Shown here: positions 29,060-42,800 of the stretch, piece after piece
How the letters are laid out: each line of letters opens with the position of its first letter
How positions within the stretch are numbered: position 1 is the stretch's first letter
Made by a program: the position numbers and the translations under genes
The notes under the pieces: generated by a model
What the model was told of the DNA's origin: nothing
Database searches by the model: none
What the model saw: the letters and a program-made list of their open reading frames with translations, nothing else
DNA from: Eledone cirrhosa
Lineage: Eukaryota
Direction of reading: 5' to 3'
DNA length: 64,000 nucleotides
NCBI GenBank assembly: GCA_964016885.1
Contig: OZ024740.1
Span: 77,438,001-77,502,000 of the forward strand

Positions 29060-29191
29060 ATCATTTTACGATCGTTTCTAGGATGTATATGTGTGTTGGT
29101 ATGTATATCATATAGATCTATGTAAACATATTACAAATTATCAGAGGAAATATACATACCTTCACATATACATGCTGTCTTCAGAAATGAT
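29060..29191 (-). ncRNA. Hammerhead ribozyme with long extended stem II (family K)
   Basis: Reverse complement: atcattt CTGAAGA cagc-atgtatatgtg..ggtatgtatat...atatacatacc..cacatatacat-ccta GAAA CGATCG TA aaatgat. Confidence 0.85.
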
Positions 29192-29307
29192 ATATATATA
29201 CATATATATATATTATCCATATATATATATATACATATATATATATTATCCATATATATATATATACATATATATATTATATGTATATATATTATATATA
29301 TATATAT

Positions 29308-29500
29308 AGGAAAATGTTTGTCCCCGACGGCAGTGCTCAAGCCGTTTCGACGGCTATTTCTGGACTAGAAATAGCCGTCGAAACGGCTTGAGCTCTGCCG
29401 TCGGGGTTGAACACTTTCCTATTACCGACTCTACTACCCTAAGTATTGAGTACTCTGGCGCGTTATGGTCCATCTGGCTCTTTACCACTCTTCCTTCGTT
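29308..29500 (+). mobile_element. Fold-back + tail element (half-HHR family)
   Basis: Hairpin 29308-29420 followed by the conserved tail. Confidence 0.85.
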
Positions 29501-29705
29501 ATATATATAACAAAAAATAGTGTGGTAAGAAAACCAGGCGGACCATAACGCACCAGAGTACTCGATACGTAGAGTAGTAGAGTGGATAATAGGAAAAGAG
29601 TCAGCACCCCAACGGCTGAGCTCCGGCCGTTTCGACAGTTAGATCCGAATGAGTTCGGTTCTAGCTGTCGAAACTCCCGGTAGCTGTTGGGGTCCTGACT
29701 CTTTT

Positions 29706-29749
<44 letters not shown>

Positions 29750-29777
29750 TTATTATATATATATTATATATATTATA

Positions 29778-29821
<44 letters not shown>

Positions 29822-29836
29822 TTATATATATATATA

Positions 29837-30045
<209 letters not shown>

Positions 30046-30191
30046 TACAGACACACACATTGTATATAACGAAGGAAGTGTGGTAAGGAACCAGGTGGAC
30101 CATAAATAGCTGTCGAAACGGCCGGAGCTCACCCGTCGGGGTCCTGACTCTTTTCCTATATATATATATATATTTCTATACACACACACAT

Positions 30192-30284
<93 letters not shown>

Positions 30285-30289
30285 AATAT

Positions 30290-30421
<132 letters not shown>

Positions 30422-30477
30422 GTTACATATATATATATATATACATATATATATTATATATATATGTACTATATATG

Positions 30478-30565
<88 letters not shown>

Positions 30566-31037
30566 CTTATAAATTTGATGTTTGTTTGTATGTTGACCGC
30601 TAATAACACTAAATAAATTGATAATAATTAAGGTTTTTCTTATGTTTTCAAATAATCTGAGTACCTACATACTCACCATCGACCCATTTCCCGAAAACGG
30701 AATGGAAGCAAAGGTAGGGAGACTTGACTGCTATTTCTAGCGCAGTGAGCCTGTGATAGGTATTGTAGCTGGTTTATGCGTTCATACTATTTCTTTCTAT
30801 CTATATCTCTCCATCTGACTCTATTTTTCTCTATCTCTCTTAATGCCTCTCCATCTAACTATCTCCATCAATATATCTCTATGAATCTCTCGTTATATCT
30901 CTCATTATCTCTTTCTCGCCCTGTGTTTTTCTATATATATATCTCTTCTCTCTGCTTTTCTCCCCCTCTCTCTCTCTTAGTCTCTATCTATCTATCTCTT
31001 TATATCTCTATCTCTATGTGTCTCTCACTCTCTGTAC

Positions 31038-31099
<62 letters not shown>

Positions 31100-31129
31100 G
31101 TTTGAACACACACATGCACACACATACAC

Positions 31130-31186
<57 letters not shown>

Positions 31187-31390
31187 GAGAGAGAGAGAGA
31201 TGTATATATATAAACATATATATATATACATATAACTAAATTTTACAATTTGGTTTTGTAGATGTCCAAAACCAAATTGTAAAATTATAATATTATAAAA
31301 TTAAATTAAATTCTTTAGAACAAGTGAATTCATTCTTTTCCTTTTTTAAAATATACCTAACTGTACCAAGGATTTCACATATTTTCCAAT

Positions 31391-31429
<39 letters not shown>

Positions 31430-31434
<5 letters not shown>

Positions 31435-32482
31435 CGTTTCTGAATTTGTTTAACAAGATTCTTTATCTGAAAACGTGTGTTGAAACCGATACTTTGGAAG
31501 GGTCATGTTGCCAATAAGAAACATACGCACCAGTTGCTTTCACTTCAATTTATTATAATAAAATTTAGAAATATAGAAATTTAAAAAATTTCCGGTTGGT
31601 TGGTTCCACAACCAGATGATTGTTTATATATTGTCAAAGTTCTTTCGTCACACATTCTGTGACCTCTTCAGTGACTGGGGATTCTTTTCGTTGTTTTTGT
31701 GCCTCTCCTTTGTTCTGTCCTACGCCATCTTGTTTTTGTGTGTGTGTTGTGTGCTTAGTTTGCGCATGTGTTACATCCGGGTGTCTGAGTGTGTTTATAT
31801 TTGTTTATTTATTTGTTTATTTACATGTTACTGGTTGGTTGTTTGTTCTATGTGCGTGTGTGTTTTCATTTTGTCCTTAATTGTAAGTTGTGATGTTGCT
31901 GTTCCACTCATGATTTCTATTTAATTTTGGTTGGAGTTCATTTATGTTTATTGCTTCTGTGATTTGTCTAAACATTGCGTCTTTTCTGTGTGTAGATTCT
32001 ATTTTTATTTCTATGTTCTCTAATTTACCCTTATGTTCTATTTTAGAATGTTGGTAGAGTACAGATGATTCTTTACTATCTTGAAGGTCTCGCCAGTGTT
32101 CATTTATCCGTTCCCCTATACTACGAGCTGTCTCACCTATGTACACTATATTTTTATCTCTACATTGTCCTTCAGTACATCTTATGCTATATACTACATT
32201 TCTAGTTTTACAGTTAATATGGGGGCTTAATTTACAGATTATACATTTCTTATCTATACAGGGAGGTCTTTGAAAATGGTATGTATTGCTAATAAGTGTT
32301 TTTATGGAGGTACCTGGTCTTTCTACTATCTTAATATTGAGTTTATGTTTATCTAGGGCCCTTCTAAATTTGTAAGCTAATTCACCTCTAGGGGTTGTAT
32401 CGATGAACATTACACTCTGGTATTTATTGCTATCATACCATGAGTTTATTCTATTCCTAGTTCTTTCTATTCTATTTTCTAA
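31430..32482 (-). mobile_element. Penelope-like element 3' part (Cys linker + GIY-YIG + pLTR with HHR)
   Basis: ORF has C....C..C.......C, NVVY and YIGETARSIGERINEH...EA..I....PKLN. The pLTR is shared with 21970, 59360 and 62350. Confidence 0.9.
31633..31675 (-). ncRNA. Hammerhead ribozyme (family G)
   Basis: Reverse complement: gtca CTGAAGA g-gtcaca-gaatg-tgtgac GAAA gaac TT tgac. Confidence 0.8.
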
Positions 32483-32514
32483 TATATATGTGTGTGTGTG
32501 TGTGTGTGCGTGTG

Positions 32515-32643
<129 letters not shown>

Positions 32644-32867
32644 TGGTAGCTAAGATGCTTCCATGGGCGGTATGCCGGTTGAGCACTCTATGCTCTTACA
32701 GAGCAGAGTATGAGAATATGCTCCGAAATCATTAGACGTGTCCGCCGAACCTGCGGGTCCAGAATCTGACAGATCCACACAATGATCACGTCTCGAGCTG
32801 TCCGCCGGCGAAACAATTGTAACACACAATAAATTGAGTTTAGATGCATCACTGATTTTTCGTTTTC

Positions 32868-32955
<88 letters not shown>

Positions 32956-32997
32956 GAGGAAGTTATAGTTCACTTGAAGCATTGTGTAATGGGGTAT

Positions 32998-33219
32998 AAA
33001 CGTTTGTATATGTATAATAAAGCCAAAACAATGCAGGTATGGACATAGAATAAAGAATGCAAATGCAAAAGATATTGTTGACAATTAGTCTTTTACCTTA
33101 GATTTATTTAAATAAATCTAAGGTAAAAGATTAATTGTCAACAATATCTTTTGCATTTGCATTTATATTCTATGTCCATACATGCATTGTTTTGGCTTTA
33201 TTATACATATACAAACGTT

Positions 33220-33220
<1 letters not shown>
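32998..33220. repeat. Spacerless palindrome in (TA)n with a one-sided tail
   Basis: Centre ttt|aaa at 33109/33110; tail about 32954-32997. Confidence 0.9.
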
Positions 33221-33304
<84 letters not shown>

Positions 33305-33816
33305 GTATATATATCAACTGGCAAAGAAGGGAGAAAACGGTGAGGGAGGGCCTAGTGAAAGGAAGAAAAAGTATGTGGAAAGGAGAGAAATAGTAAAACA
33401 GAGGAGAATTATAAGGACTGCAGTCCAATGTTCAGATAAAGAAGAATGTCACTGAGGCTTAGAAAAGGTAAGGAAGGGGAATAGAAGATAGACCGGTTGA
33501 TGTGGTGTCTATTATATGATAGTTTTAAAAAAACGTATGACTAAGTCTAATCTGTTGTTCAAACTGTTATTATAAGTCGAATGCCACCTTAATGCATGGA
33601 ATTGCACGCTTCAAGGTGGCTGTTGAAGTAGAGATGCAGTCGTTTGTTCGTTTATGTAACTATTTTTCTCTGTGCATTCTGTGCTTATATCAAGTTTTTT
33701 GTTAGAAGAATTGTATGTTTGAGTGTGTGTTTGAGTGAGTGTTTGAGTGAGTGTTTGAGTGAGTGAGTGTGTGTCTAAATAAATGTTTTATTTTTAAAAT
33801 AGTTTTAATAATAAAA

Positions 33817-34010
33817 GGTGGTGGATTGGCAGTACCGGTAGAGGATCGGACGCCACATGTTGCAGCATAAAGTTACGTCCCTTTACGGTCTGAGTTCAAA
33901 TCCCGCCGAGGTAAACTTTGCCTTTCATCCTTACGGGGTCGATAAAATAAAGCACTAGTAATGCACTAGGGTAATTGCTGGCTTTGTGCCAAAGGAAGAA
34001 ACAATTAATA
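33817..34010 (+). mobile_element. CORE-type SINE
   Basis: A and B boxes plus a CORE-like segment. Confidence 0.85.
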
Positions 34011-34669
34011 AAATAGTTTTACATATTGTTTAAGGACGTTCGTTGACAATTTACATTATTGATGTTTACTGGCTCCTCTGCCAACTCTGATTATTTACTT
34101 TTACAATATGAGTTACATTAGTTTTAAATCATTGAAGATGCGTGGTCTAGTGATTAGGGTATTCAGCTCATGGTGGTAAGACGGTGAGGTCGATTCCTGA
34201 GGGTACCTTTTCTCTTCGAGCAACGTAGATGACAAAAATGAGTTCTACTTGTAATTCGAAGAGCAGTCTTGTTACATTTTATGTCTCGCTAAATCTCTCT
34301 GAGAACTACGTTAAGGGTACACGTGCATGTGGAATGCTCAGCCGCTTGCACGATAATTTTACGTGTAGGTCATAACCGACAGACGAAGTGCCAGTCACCC
34401 TATTATCAATCAGTAAACAGATTGCAAGGTTTTGAAAGATGTAGGTGTGTAGAAGTCCTCAGAGAATATCAGGAACACAACACAAAGCTAATGACATTGT
34501 ACTAAAATAGCAAAAACTAAGAAAATTGTATTAGACACCATCAAAATATTTTGGACATTTATTTATAGAAAATGATATAGATATCAAAAATTGAACAGAC
34601 TGTGAAGGCATAAGGACAAAACAAGATCGAGGTAGCAGCCCATGTTATTGAAGTAGGCCATGCATAGTT

Positions 34670-34890
34670 ATAATGATGATGATGATGACGATGACGATAA
34701 TGACGACAATGATGATGATGATGATGATAATGACGATGATGATGGTGATGATGATGATGACGATGATGATGATGATGATGGCGACGATGATGATGACGAT
34801 GGTGATGATGATGATGATGATGATGACGACGACGATGATGATGATGACGATGCCGATGACGATGCCGATGACGATGATGATGATGATGAT
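34670..34890. repeat. (GAT/GAC)n trinucleotide array
   Basis: Direct reading. Confidence 0.95.
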
Positions 34891-35910
34891 GGGGAGTGAT
34901 GATGTTGGCGGTAGTGGACGTGTTGGTAGTGTTACCTTTTCTGCCAGTCTACTCTTGGAATTACATCTCTGTAATAATATTTTCATTAGAAAATCGGTCA
35001 ATTGGCAGATACGTTCGTCTCAAACAAATTGATTTGCGGTATTTAGTTACAGCTCATTACATTCGGATTTCAAATTCTGCCATGGTTATCTTTACCTTCC
35101 GTCCTTTTAAAATTGATGAAATAAAGTACCAGTTACAAACGGAGACCAAACATAATCGACTATAAACTCCCCTAAAATTGGAAGGTTTATGCTTATGCTA
35201 GAAATGTATATTTGACTTATTCGGCCGTCTCTTACAGAAACAATATCAAAAACATGTCGTTTTATGAAATGAAGGAAACATTGTATAATGGAGTCCTTAG
35301 GACTGAAAAATGGTGCGGTAGTTATGACATGAAATGATTTGATCATGCCGCTATTCAACCAAAGTTGACATAAGAAGGGATATGAAAGGTCTCCTTCTGT
35401 CATAGCTAACCATGTATGTGCACCTGGAAAGTTGCTCGACAAGGTGAAAGTCTCACAAGGATATTTTGTGGAAAATTAACAGTCACCCATGCATCTGTAA
35501 TGACGTCCAAGGGAAAAGCAAAGGCTGATAGAATGTTACACCAATAATGTCGCAGGAAAATTTTGAACGGAAAGGGCTGAAAGAGATACCAGAAAGATGC
35601 TGTAACAATTCCGTCAAACCACAGGCTTGGACCGGGGTTATATTTACCCATGCCGAATGGAGAAAGGGCAAGGTTGACCTTGGTGGGATTTAAACTGATT
35701 GTAATGAGTCAGAAAAAATGCCATGGCGGCATTCTAATCGGACGTTGTAACAACTCTATCATTTCATCGTCGATTGGGAAGGAAAAACAATTTTAAAATT
35801 TTATGGCAGATTGTAATGTCACATGGGGAAGAATGGAACGAATTACCACCTGCATTTCTGTAAAAATTTCCTGACAGACACTTGATTGGAAATAAAATTT
35901 AACAGTCTAA

Positions 35911-35954
<44 letters not shown>

Positions 35955-36323
35955 CTATATATACGTATATTCTATTCTGTTTCATCTTCCGCAAGCGATG
36001 ACTGATGCCATGACAACGTTCATTCTCCAGCTCACCCATCTGAAATTTCCTTGCCTCCAGCCCTTGCTTATTCTGGTGTTCACATTGTGCTCAGTGTTCA
36101 TGAAACTGCTAAGGTATAAGAAGTCATCCATTTTTTCAATCACCGAACCGTCTAAAGCAGGGGCGTGTAACAGGCGGCCCACGGGCTACAATCCGGCCCG
36201 CCAGACCAGTTAGAGTAGCCCGCAATGACCGTTTTTAATGTTTACCTTGTTGGCTTATTTAGAATTTTATTCGTAACCAGATATTGATAAATTGTGCAAA
36301 AACACCAAATACCAAGTCTCACA

Positions 36324-36411
<88 letters not shown>

Positions 36412-36932
36412 AGATGGCTACTCGACGTTGGCCGGAAATAAGTGAAAAATTCCACATTTTAGTTTATTCGATTTCCCCAGCTCCTTTTAATCCTAACCTT
36501 AAACCTAACTGCAAACTCTATACAGTAAATCTTGAATCTTAATCATGAACTTAAAAATTTAATCCTAAACTCTACGATAGAGTCTGGACTCACTGCAGAC
36601 ATACCAGAACAGAATAAATTAAAGAAAGGCCATATCAAATACATATGGTCATATATGAAAGGAAAATCGACAGTAAATTTGTGATTAATTGTTTGAAATA
36701 CGGGAAATGTATACCGCTTTCTCAGTGAGTGAATGCCTGTGTGTTTTTTCGTATACATGACTGTGCACTTTTTGTTGTTGTCGTTGTTTTATTACCGCGT
36801 TTGCTTTCCATTATTAGCAGCAAATAATGTTTCTGTTTATTGCGTAATAAATAAATAGGGTTTAAGTAGACAGGCTGAGAAAGAGACAGATAAGAAAATA
36901 AATACACTGGTATACGGAGAAACGGAGTTAGA

Positions 36933-37513
36933 TATCTTTCTTTATTTGCCACAGGGGTGTACAAAAATGGGACATTACAAGACGTGACGGCGGGGGTTTT
37001 ACATAAAAATCATATAACTTTAACATTAATAAATAACAATAAACTATATATAATAAAATAACAATTGAAATCCCCAATAGGGGGCAACGTTACTGCAGGG
37101 TTGTTTTACACCCCGTGGATAGAACAACCCTCAACACCAGGAACACGTTTTGTAGGTGTTCCTGTCTTCCTTCTATTTATCTTCTTCAACCTACAGGTTT
37201 ATATACAGAGAAGTCCCATTCACTCGGGCCATTTTCGCCACATTCACCCACCTTTCAGCGAATTTACTGGGGTGTAGCACCTCTCTCTCCACTCTCACCT
37301 TCCTTCTGAAGTGATACTTAAAGAAGGGGATAAGTTGTTGTCCGGAGAGAAAGGTGTTTGCCCTCAGTCCTTTTAACCTCGTCCACCATATTACCTCTTT
37401 CGCCATAGCCACCAGAAAAGGAAAACCGCCTCTCCTTCATTCATAAATGAAGGCGGCGGGATGATAGCCACGATGGACTTAGCTGACAACTGGATGCGTC
37501 CCACACGTGACAG
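36933..37513 (-). mobile_element. Tx1/L1-clade LINE, short 3' fragment (copy C)
   Basis: Encodes AKEVIWWTRLKGL...HPSKFAERW. The 3' UTR ends in aataaagaaa. Confidence 0.85.
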
Positions 37514-37569
37514 TTAGATAGATAGATAGATAGATGGATAGATAGATAGACAGTTAGATAGATAGATAT

Positions 37570-39722
37570 GTTTCTTTATTAGCCACAGGGGCACAAAAGA
37601 AGGGGACAAATACAAAGGGGGATGTTTACATACAATAAAAATGTGTAAAATACTATCACAAATGCAATTTAAAAATTAATCGATTTTCCTCGATAGGGGG
37701 AGACATTTCATATGGGTAACACATACCCCCGAAAAAATGTGCAACCCTCATCTCCAGGAGTACGAAGAGTTTGTACTCCTTTCCTTTCTTCCTCCTTTTC
37801 CTCAACCTGCAGGCTGATATAGAGAGAAGACCCATTCACTCGGGCCATTCTCGCCACTTTCACCCACCTTTCATAAAACTTGCTGGGGTACAGGACCTCT
37901 CTTCCCATCCTAATTCGTGTTCCAAAGTGGTATTTGAAAAAAAAGAATCAGTTGTTGGCCGGAGAGAAAGGTGTCTGACCTCAGCCCTTTTAACCTCGTC
38001 CACCATACAACCTCTTTTGCCATAGCTATCACACAAAGTAAAACCGCCTCTCCTTCATTTTTGAAGAAGGGTGGCGGTTTGATTATGACAATGAACTCGG
38101 TGGTCAACTAGATTGGTCCCACCCGCGACAATAGTCGTTCTACATAGCCCCACAGGTCGGTAACACCCGGGCAGTGTATGAATGCGTGCGCGACGGTTTC
38201 TTCGTCTCGCATGCATCTCGGACAGATCTTTTTCGAAGGGTCCCTGCCCGGGCGCCCATGTCTGTAGAGCTTGTCTCGAACTGGTAGAGCTCCTCGGTAG
38301 CACTGCCAGGTCAGGGACTTTTGGAAGTTGTCCATCAGTCCCGGGCGGAAGGTACTACCGAACATACTGGCCAGTTCGTCTTCCTCTACGCCTAGAGTTT
38401 CTCCGAGCGCGTCGTCGCACTTGCTGTGGACCAACCCTCTATAGAATGACGAAGTGGAGTCTCCACTGATCGCCGAGTCCGCCTGCCAGAGGGCTGTGAG
38501 CGCCTGAGCACATTCGATGTGCCAGTCGCCCATTTTCTTCGGTCTTTGCTTGACCCAGGACTGCAGCTCGGTCAACGAGACGAGTTGTGGGCAGGCTCGC
38601 CTCACGAACGGGGCCCACACCAGTTGTCTGGTGAGGAATACGTAGAGATGCCGCAGCCTGAGCGCGTGTTTGCGCTCGTCAGCCACGGCATCCCCAGCCC
38701 TCCGTTGGAAGGGTGTTGGCAGCAGATGGACCTTCTCACCAAAGGAGCCCGCTTCTTCCAAAGGAATTGGAAGAACGTGCGCTTCATTTGGTGAGCGTTT
38801 TGGCTGGACAAGGCACGACGGTCAAGTGGTAGTAGATGACGGACGCTATAAAAGTGTTCGCCACCTCCGCTCGACCTTTCAAGGATAGTTTGCACTCGGC
38901 CCACTTCTGGGTGAGTGCAAACACCTTGACTGTCACTTCGTTCCAGTTCTTCTCCACCTGGAGGTCCGGACCAAACCAGACCCCGAGCAGCTTAACCGGT
39001 CCTTCCGTCCAGCGTCCGACGATGCCATCGGAAGGCATCGGTTTGCCTCTCCACGATCCGAGTTGCAAACCGATGGACGTGTCCCGGTCCAGCTTCGCTC
39101 CTGTGAACCTTTCGTATTCCTTCAGTAAGGTGCCAACTTCCTAGATTTGCGAGGTGCTCGACACCATTACTGTCACGTCGTCGGCGTAGGCCGACGCCGC
39201 TTTCCGCAGTCCCGGTTCCAGAGGGATGCCCTGCAATAACTCCAGCTTCCACAGTAGTGGCTCGAGAGTCAGTACGTACAGAAGGGAGGAGAGACGGCAT
39301 CCCTGTCGAATGGATCGCGTGATATGGAACGGCTCTGAGAGCTAGCCGTTCACCTTGACCCTTGAGCAGATGTTGCTGTTGTGCATTGCAGCAATGCAGC
39401 CCCTGAACACGGGTCCGAAGCCTGGCGCCTCGAGCACCGTATCCAGGTAACGATGGTCAACCCTATCAAAAGCCTTAGACTGATCCAAGTTGATCAGGGC
39501 CCCACCGAAGCCTGGTTTACACCCTACCCTCTCTATGATGTATCGCATGAGGTGGGGATTGTTGTGTATGGACTTGGTAAGGATTGCGCATGTCTGCGCT
39601 TCTCCCAACAGGTTTTCGATGACAAGCGCCAGCCTCTTTGCCAACACCTTGGCCAAAATCTGTAACTCTGTGTTTAACAGAGTTACGGGTCGGAAGTTGC
39701 CTATGTCATCCTCCTTATTCTC
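37570..39722 (-). mobile_element. Tx1/L1-clade LINE, 5'-truncated within RT (copy B)
   Basis: NFRPVTLLN, LDQSKAFDRVDH, RQGC.LS, AYADDVT, GGLGMP and a C-terminal CPRC...H...C. Confidence 0.9.
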
Positions 39723-39725
39723 AGT

Positions 39726-39790
<65 letters not shown>

Positions 39791-39896
39791 TTCTTTATTA
39801 GCCACAGGGGCACAAAAGAAGGGGACAAATACAAAGGGGGAAGTTTACATACAATAAAAACGTGTAAAATGTTATCACAGATGGAATAGATAGATA

Positions 39897-42800
39897 GATA
39901 GATTTCTTTATTAGCCACAAGGGCGCAACAAGAAAAGGGGACAATACAAAGACATGCCGGGGATTTTACATACAGTCGTGTAAAAAATATAAAAACAAAC
40001 AATTTCAACAATCGAAATCCCCAATAGGGGGGAGGCGCCACAAATGGGTTGTTTAATACCCCGTCGATAGAACAACCCTCAACTCCAGGAGCGTGTTGTG
40101 CAAGTGCTCCTTTCTTCCTTTTGCTCTCTTCTTCAACCTACAGGTTTATGTACAGAGAAGGCTCAATCACTCGGGCTATTTTTGCCACATTCACCCACCT
40201 TTCAGTAAATTTACTGGGGTGCAGTGCCTCTCTCTCCACTCTGATTCTCTTTCTAAAGTGGTATCTAAAGAAGGGGATGAGTTGTTGTCCGGAGAGAAAG
40301 GCATCTGTCCTCAGTCCTCTCAATCTCGTCCACCATATAACCTCTTTCACTATAGCCACTATACAGAGGAAAACCGCCTCTCTTTCGTTTTTGAAAGAAG
40401 TTGGCGGTTTGATCCTTACTATGGACTCTGCAGTCAACTGGATATGTCCCATACGTGACAGCAGTTGTTCCGCGTAGTTCCACAGGTCGTTTACGCCCGG
40501 GCAGTGTACAATTGCGTTTAGGACGGTTTCAATGTCCTGCGCGCATCTTGGACACGTCCTCTTGGAAGGATTCCTGCCGGGGCGTCCGTGCCTGTAGATC
40601 TTGTCACGAACTGGTAGAGCTCCTCGGTAGCACTGCCAGGCCAGGGACCTCTGGAAGCTGTCCATGGGTCCCGGGCGGAAAGTCCTACCAAACAGACTGG
40701 TGAGTTCTTCGTCTTCGACGCCTAGAGTCTCTCCGACCACGTCGTCGCTCTTGTAACGTACTAACCCTCTATAGAATGTCAAAGTGGAGTCTCCACTGAT
40801 TGCTGTGCCCGCTTGACAGAGGACTGTGAGCGCCTGAGCGCATTCAATGTGCCAGGCGCCCATTTTCTTCGGTCTTCGCTTGACCCAGGACTGCAGCTCC
40901 GTCAGCAAGACAAGTTGCGGGAAGGCCTCTCTCACAAACGGTGCCCACACCGGTTGGGAGTCGGTGAGGAATACCTGTAGATGCTGCAGCCTCAACGCAT
41001 GCTTGCGTATCATCAGCCATGGCATTCCCAGCCCTCCGTTGGAAGGGTGCTGACAGCAGACGGATCTCCTTACCAGTGGAGCCTGCTCTTCCAAAGGAAC
41101 TGGAAGAGCTTGCGTTCCATCTTGGTGAGGTGTTCACGGGGACAAGGCACCACGGTCAAGCGGTAGTAGATGACGGACGCTATGAAAGTTTTCGCCACCT
41201 CCGCTCGACATTTCAAGGATAGTTTGCACTCTACCCATTTCTGGGTGAGCGCAAATACCTTGGCCGTGACCTCGTTCCAGTTTTTCTCCATCTGGAGGTC
41301 TGGACCGAACCAGACCCCGAGCAATTTCACCGGTCCTTTTGTCCAGCGTTGGACGACATCGGTTTGCCACTCCACGTACCGAGTTGCAAACCGATAGACT
41401 TGTCCGGATTCAGTTTTGCTCCTGTGAGCCTTTAATATTCCTGCAGTAAGTTGCCGATCACCCCGATTTCGGAGGCTTTCGACACCATTACCGTCACGTC
41501 GTCGGCATAAGCCGACGCCGCTTTCCGCAGTCCCGGTTCCAACGGAATGCCCTGCAGCAGCTCCAGCTTCCGCAGTAGCAGCTCTAGAGTCCGTACTACA
41601 GAATGGAGGAGAGAGGGCATCCCTGTCGGATGGAACGCGTGATTGCAAACGGCTCCGGTAGGTAGCTGTTCACCTTGACCATCGAGCAGATGTTGGTGTG
41701 CATTGCGGCGATCCAGCCTCTGAAGACGGGTCCGAAACCGGCCGCCTTGAGAACCGCTTCCAAGTATCGATGGTCGAACCTATCGAACGCCTTAGACTGA
41801 TCTAAATTGATCAAAGACCCACCAAACCCGGGTTTACACCCCACCCTCTCTATGATGTATCGCATGAGGTGGAGGTTTTCATGTATGGACCTGGTCGGGA
41901 TTGCACACGTTTGGGCTTTCCCTACCAGGTTCTCGATGACAAGCACCAACCTCGTTGCCAACACCTTGGCAAAAATCTTGAACTCTGTGTTGAGCAGAGT
42001 TATGGGCCTAAAGTTGCTTAGTTCGTCCCCCTTGTTCTCGTCTTTCCTGATCAGCGTTACTACGCCCTACCTGCAGAACTGGGAATTCTCCCGTTCTGCT
42101 GCCAGTTGCAGTAGACGGCCTCGAGGACTCCAGAGAACATGTCTGGCATGCCTATGTAAAACTCATAGGGTAGACCATCTAGAGCGAGTGATTTGCGTTC
42201 CCCGCAGCGGCCCAGAGCGTTCCGTATCTCAGTGGCTGTGATCGGTCTTTCGCAGAACTCGGCGTCCATGCTCGAGAGACGCGGCAGGCCGTCGAGGTAT
42301 GAACCGAAGTCCATTGCCCCGTTCGATGCACCGCCACTCTGCCCGAACAGTTGCGCAAAGTGCCGCTGAAAGGCCGCGCACATCCGCTTGGCGTCAAGCA
42401 GCACGGGTCCGTTTTGGTCTTTCAAAGAGCGAATCGTGGGCTTGTTGCCACTTTTCGCCTCTGCCACTAGAGCCCAGCTAACAGCTTTCGCTCCCTCCTT
42501 TCCTAGAGCACGTGATTTACTTCTGACCACGCAGCCTTCGTGTTTCGCGTCGAAGAGTGGTCCAGTGCCGTTCTCGTTGCTAGCACTCTAGCTACATTAC
42601 CACTCCTAAGCGCCTCATTGACCTTGTCTACTAGTTCCGTTTCTGTTTAATTTCTCTCTAAGGCTAACTCTCTGCTAAAGTCTATCGACTCTACACTAAT
42701 TGCTTTCTTGAGGGAGTACCACCATCTGTTGTTGACGATGGCTCCCGTCAATTGTTGCTTAACTAATCTACTTATCCGTTCACTGAAGGCTTTACGTGTC

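Noticed and set aside
34645-35032. Poly-Asp/Met/Ile ORFs
   Set aside because: (GAT)n microsatellite.
36158-36235. hAT-like terminal sequence
   Set aside because: Only one short end, with no matching TIR or TSD identified.
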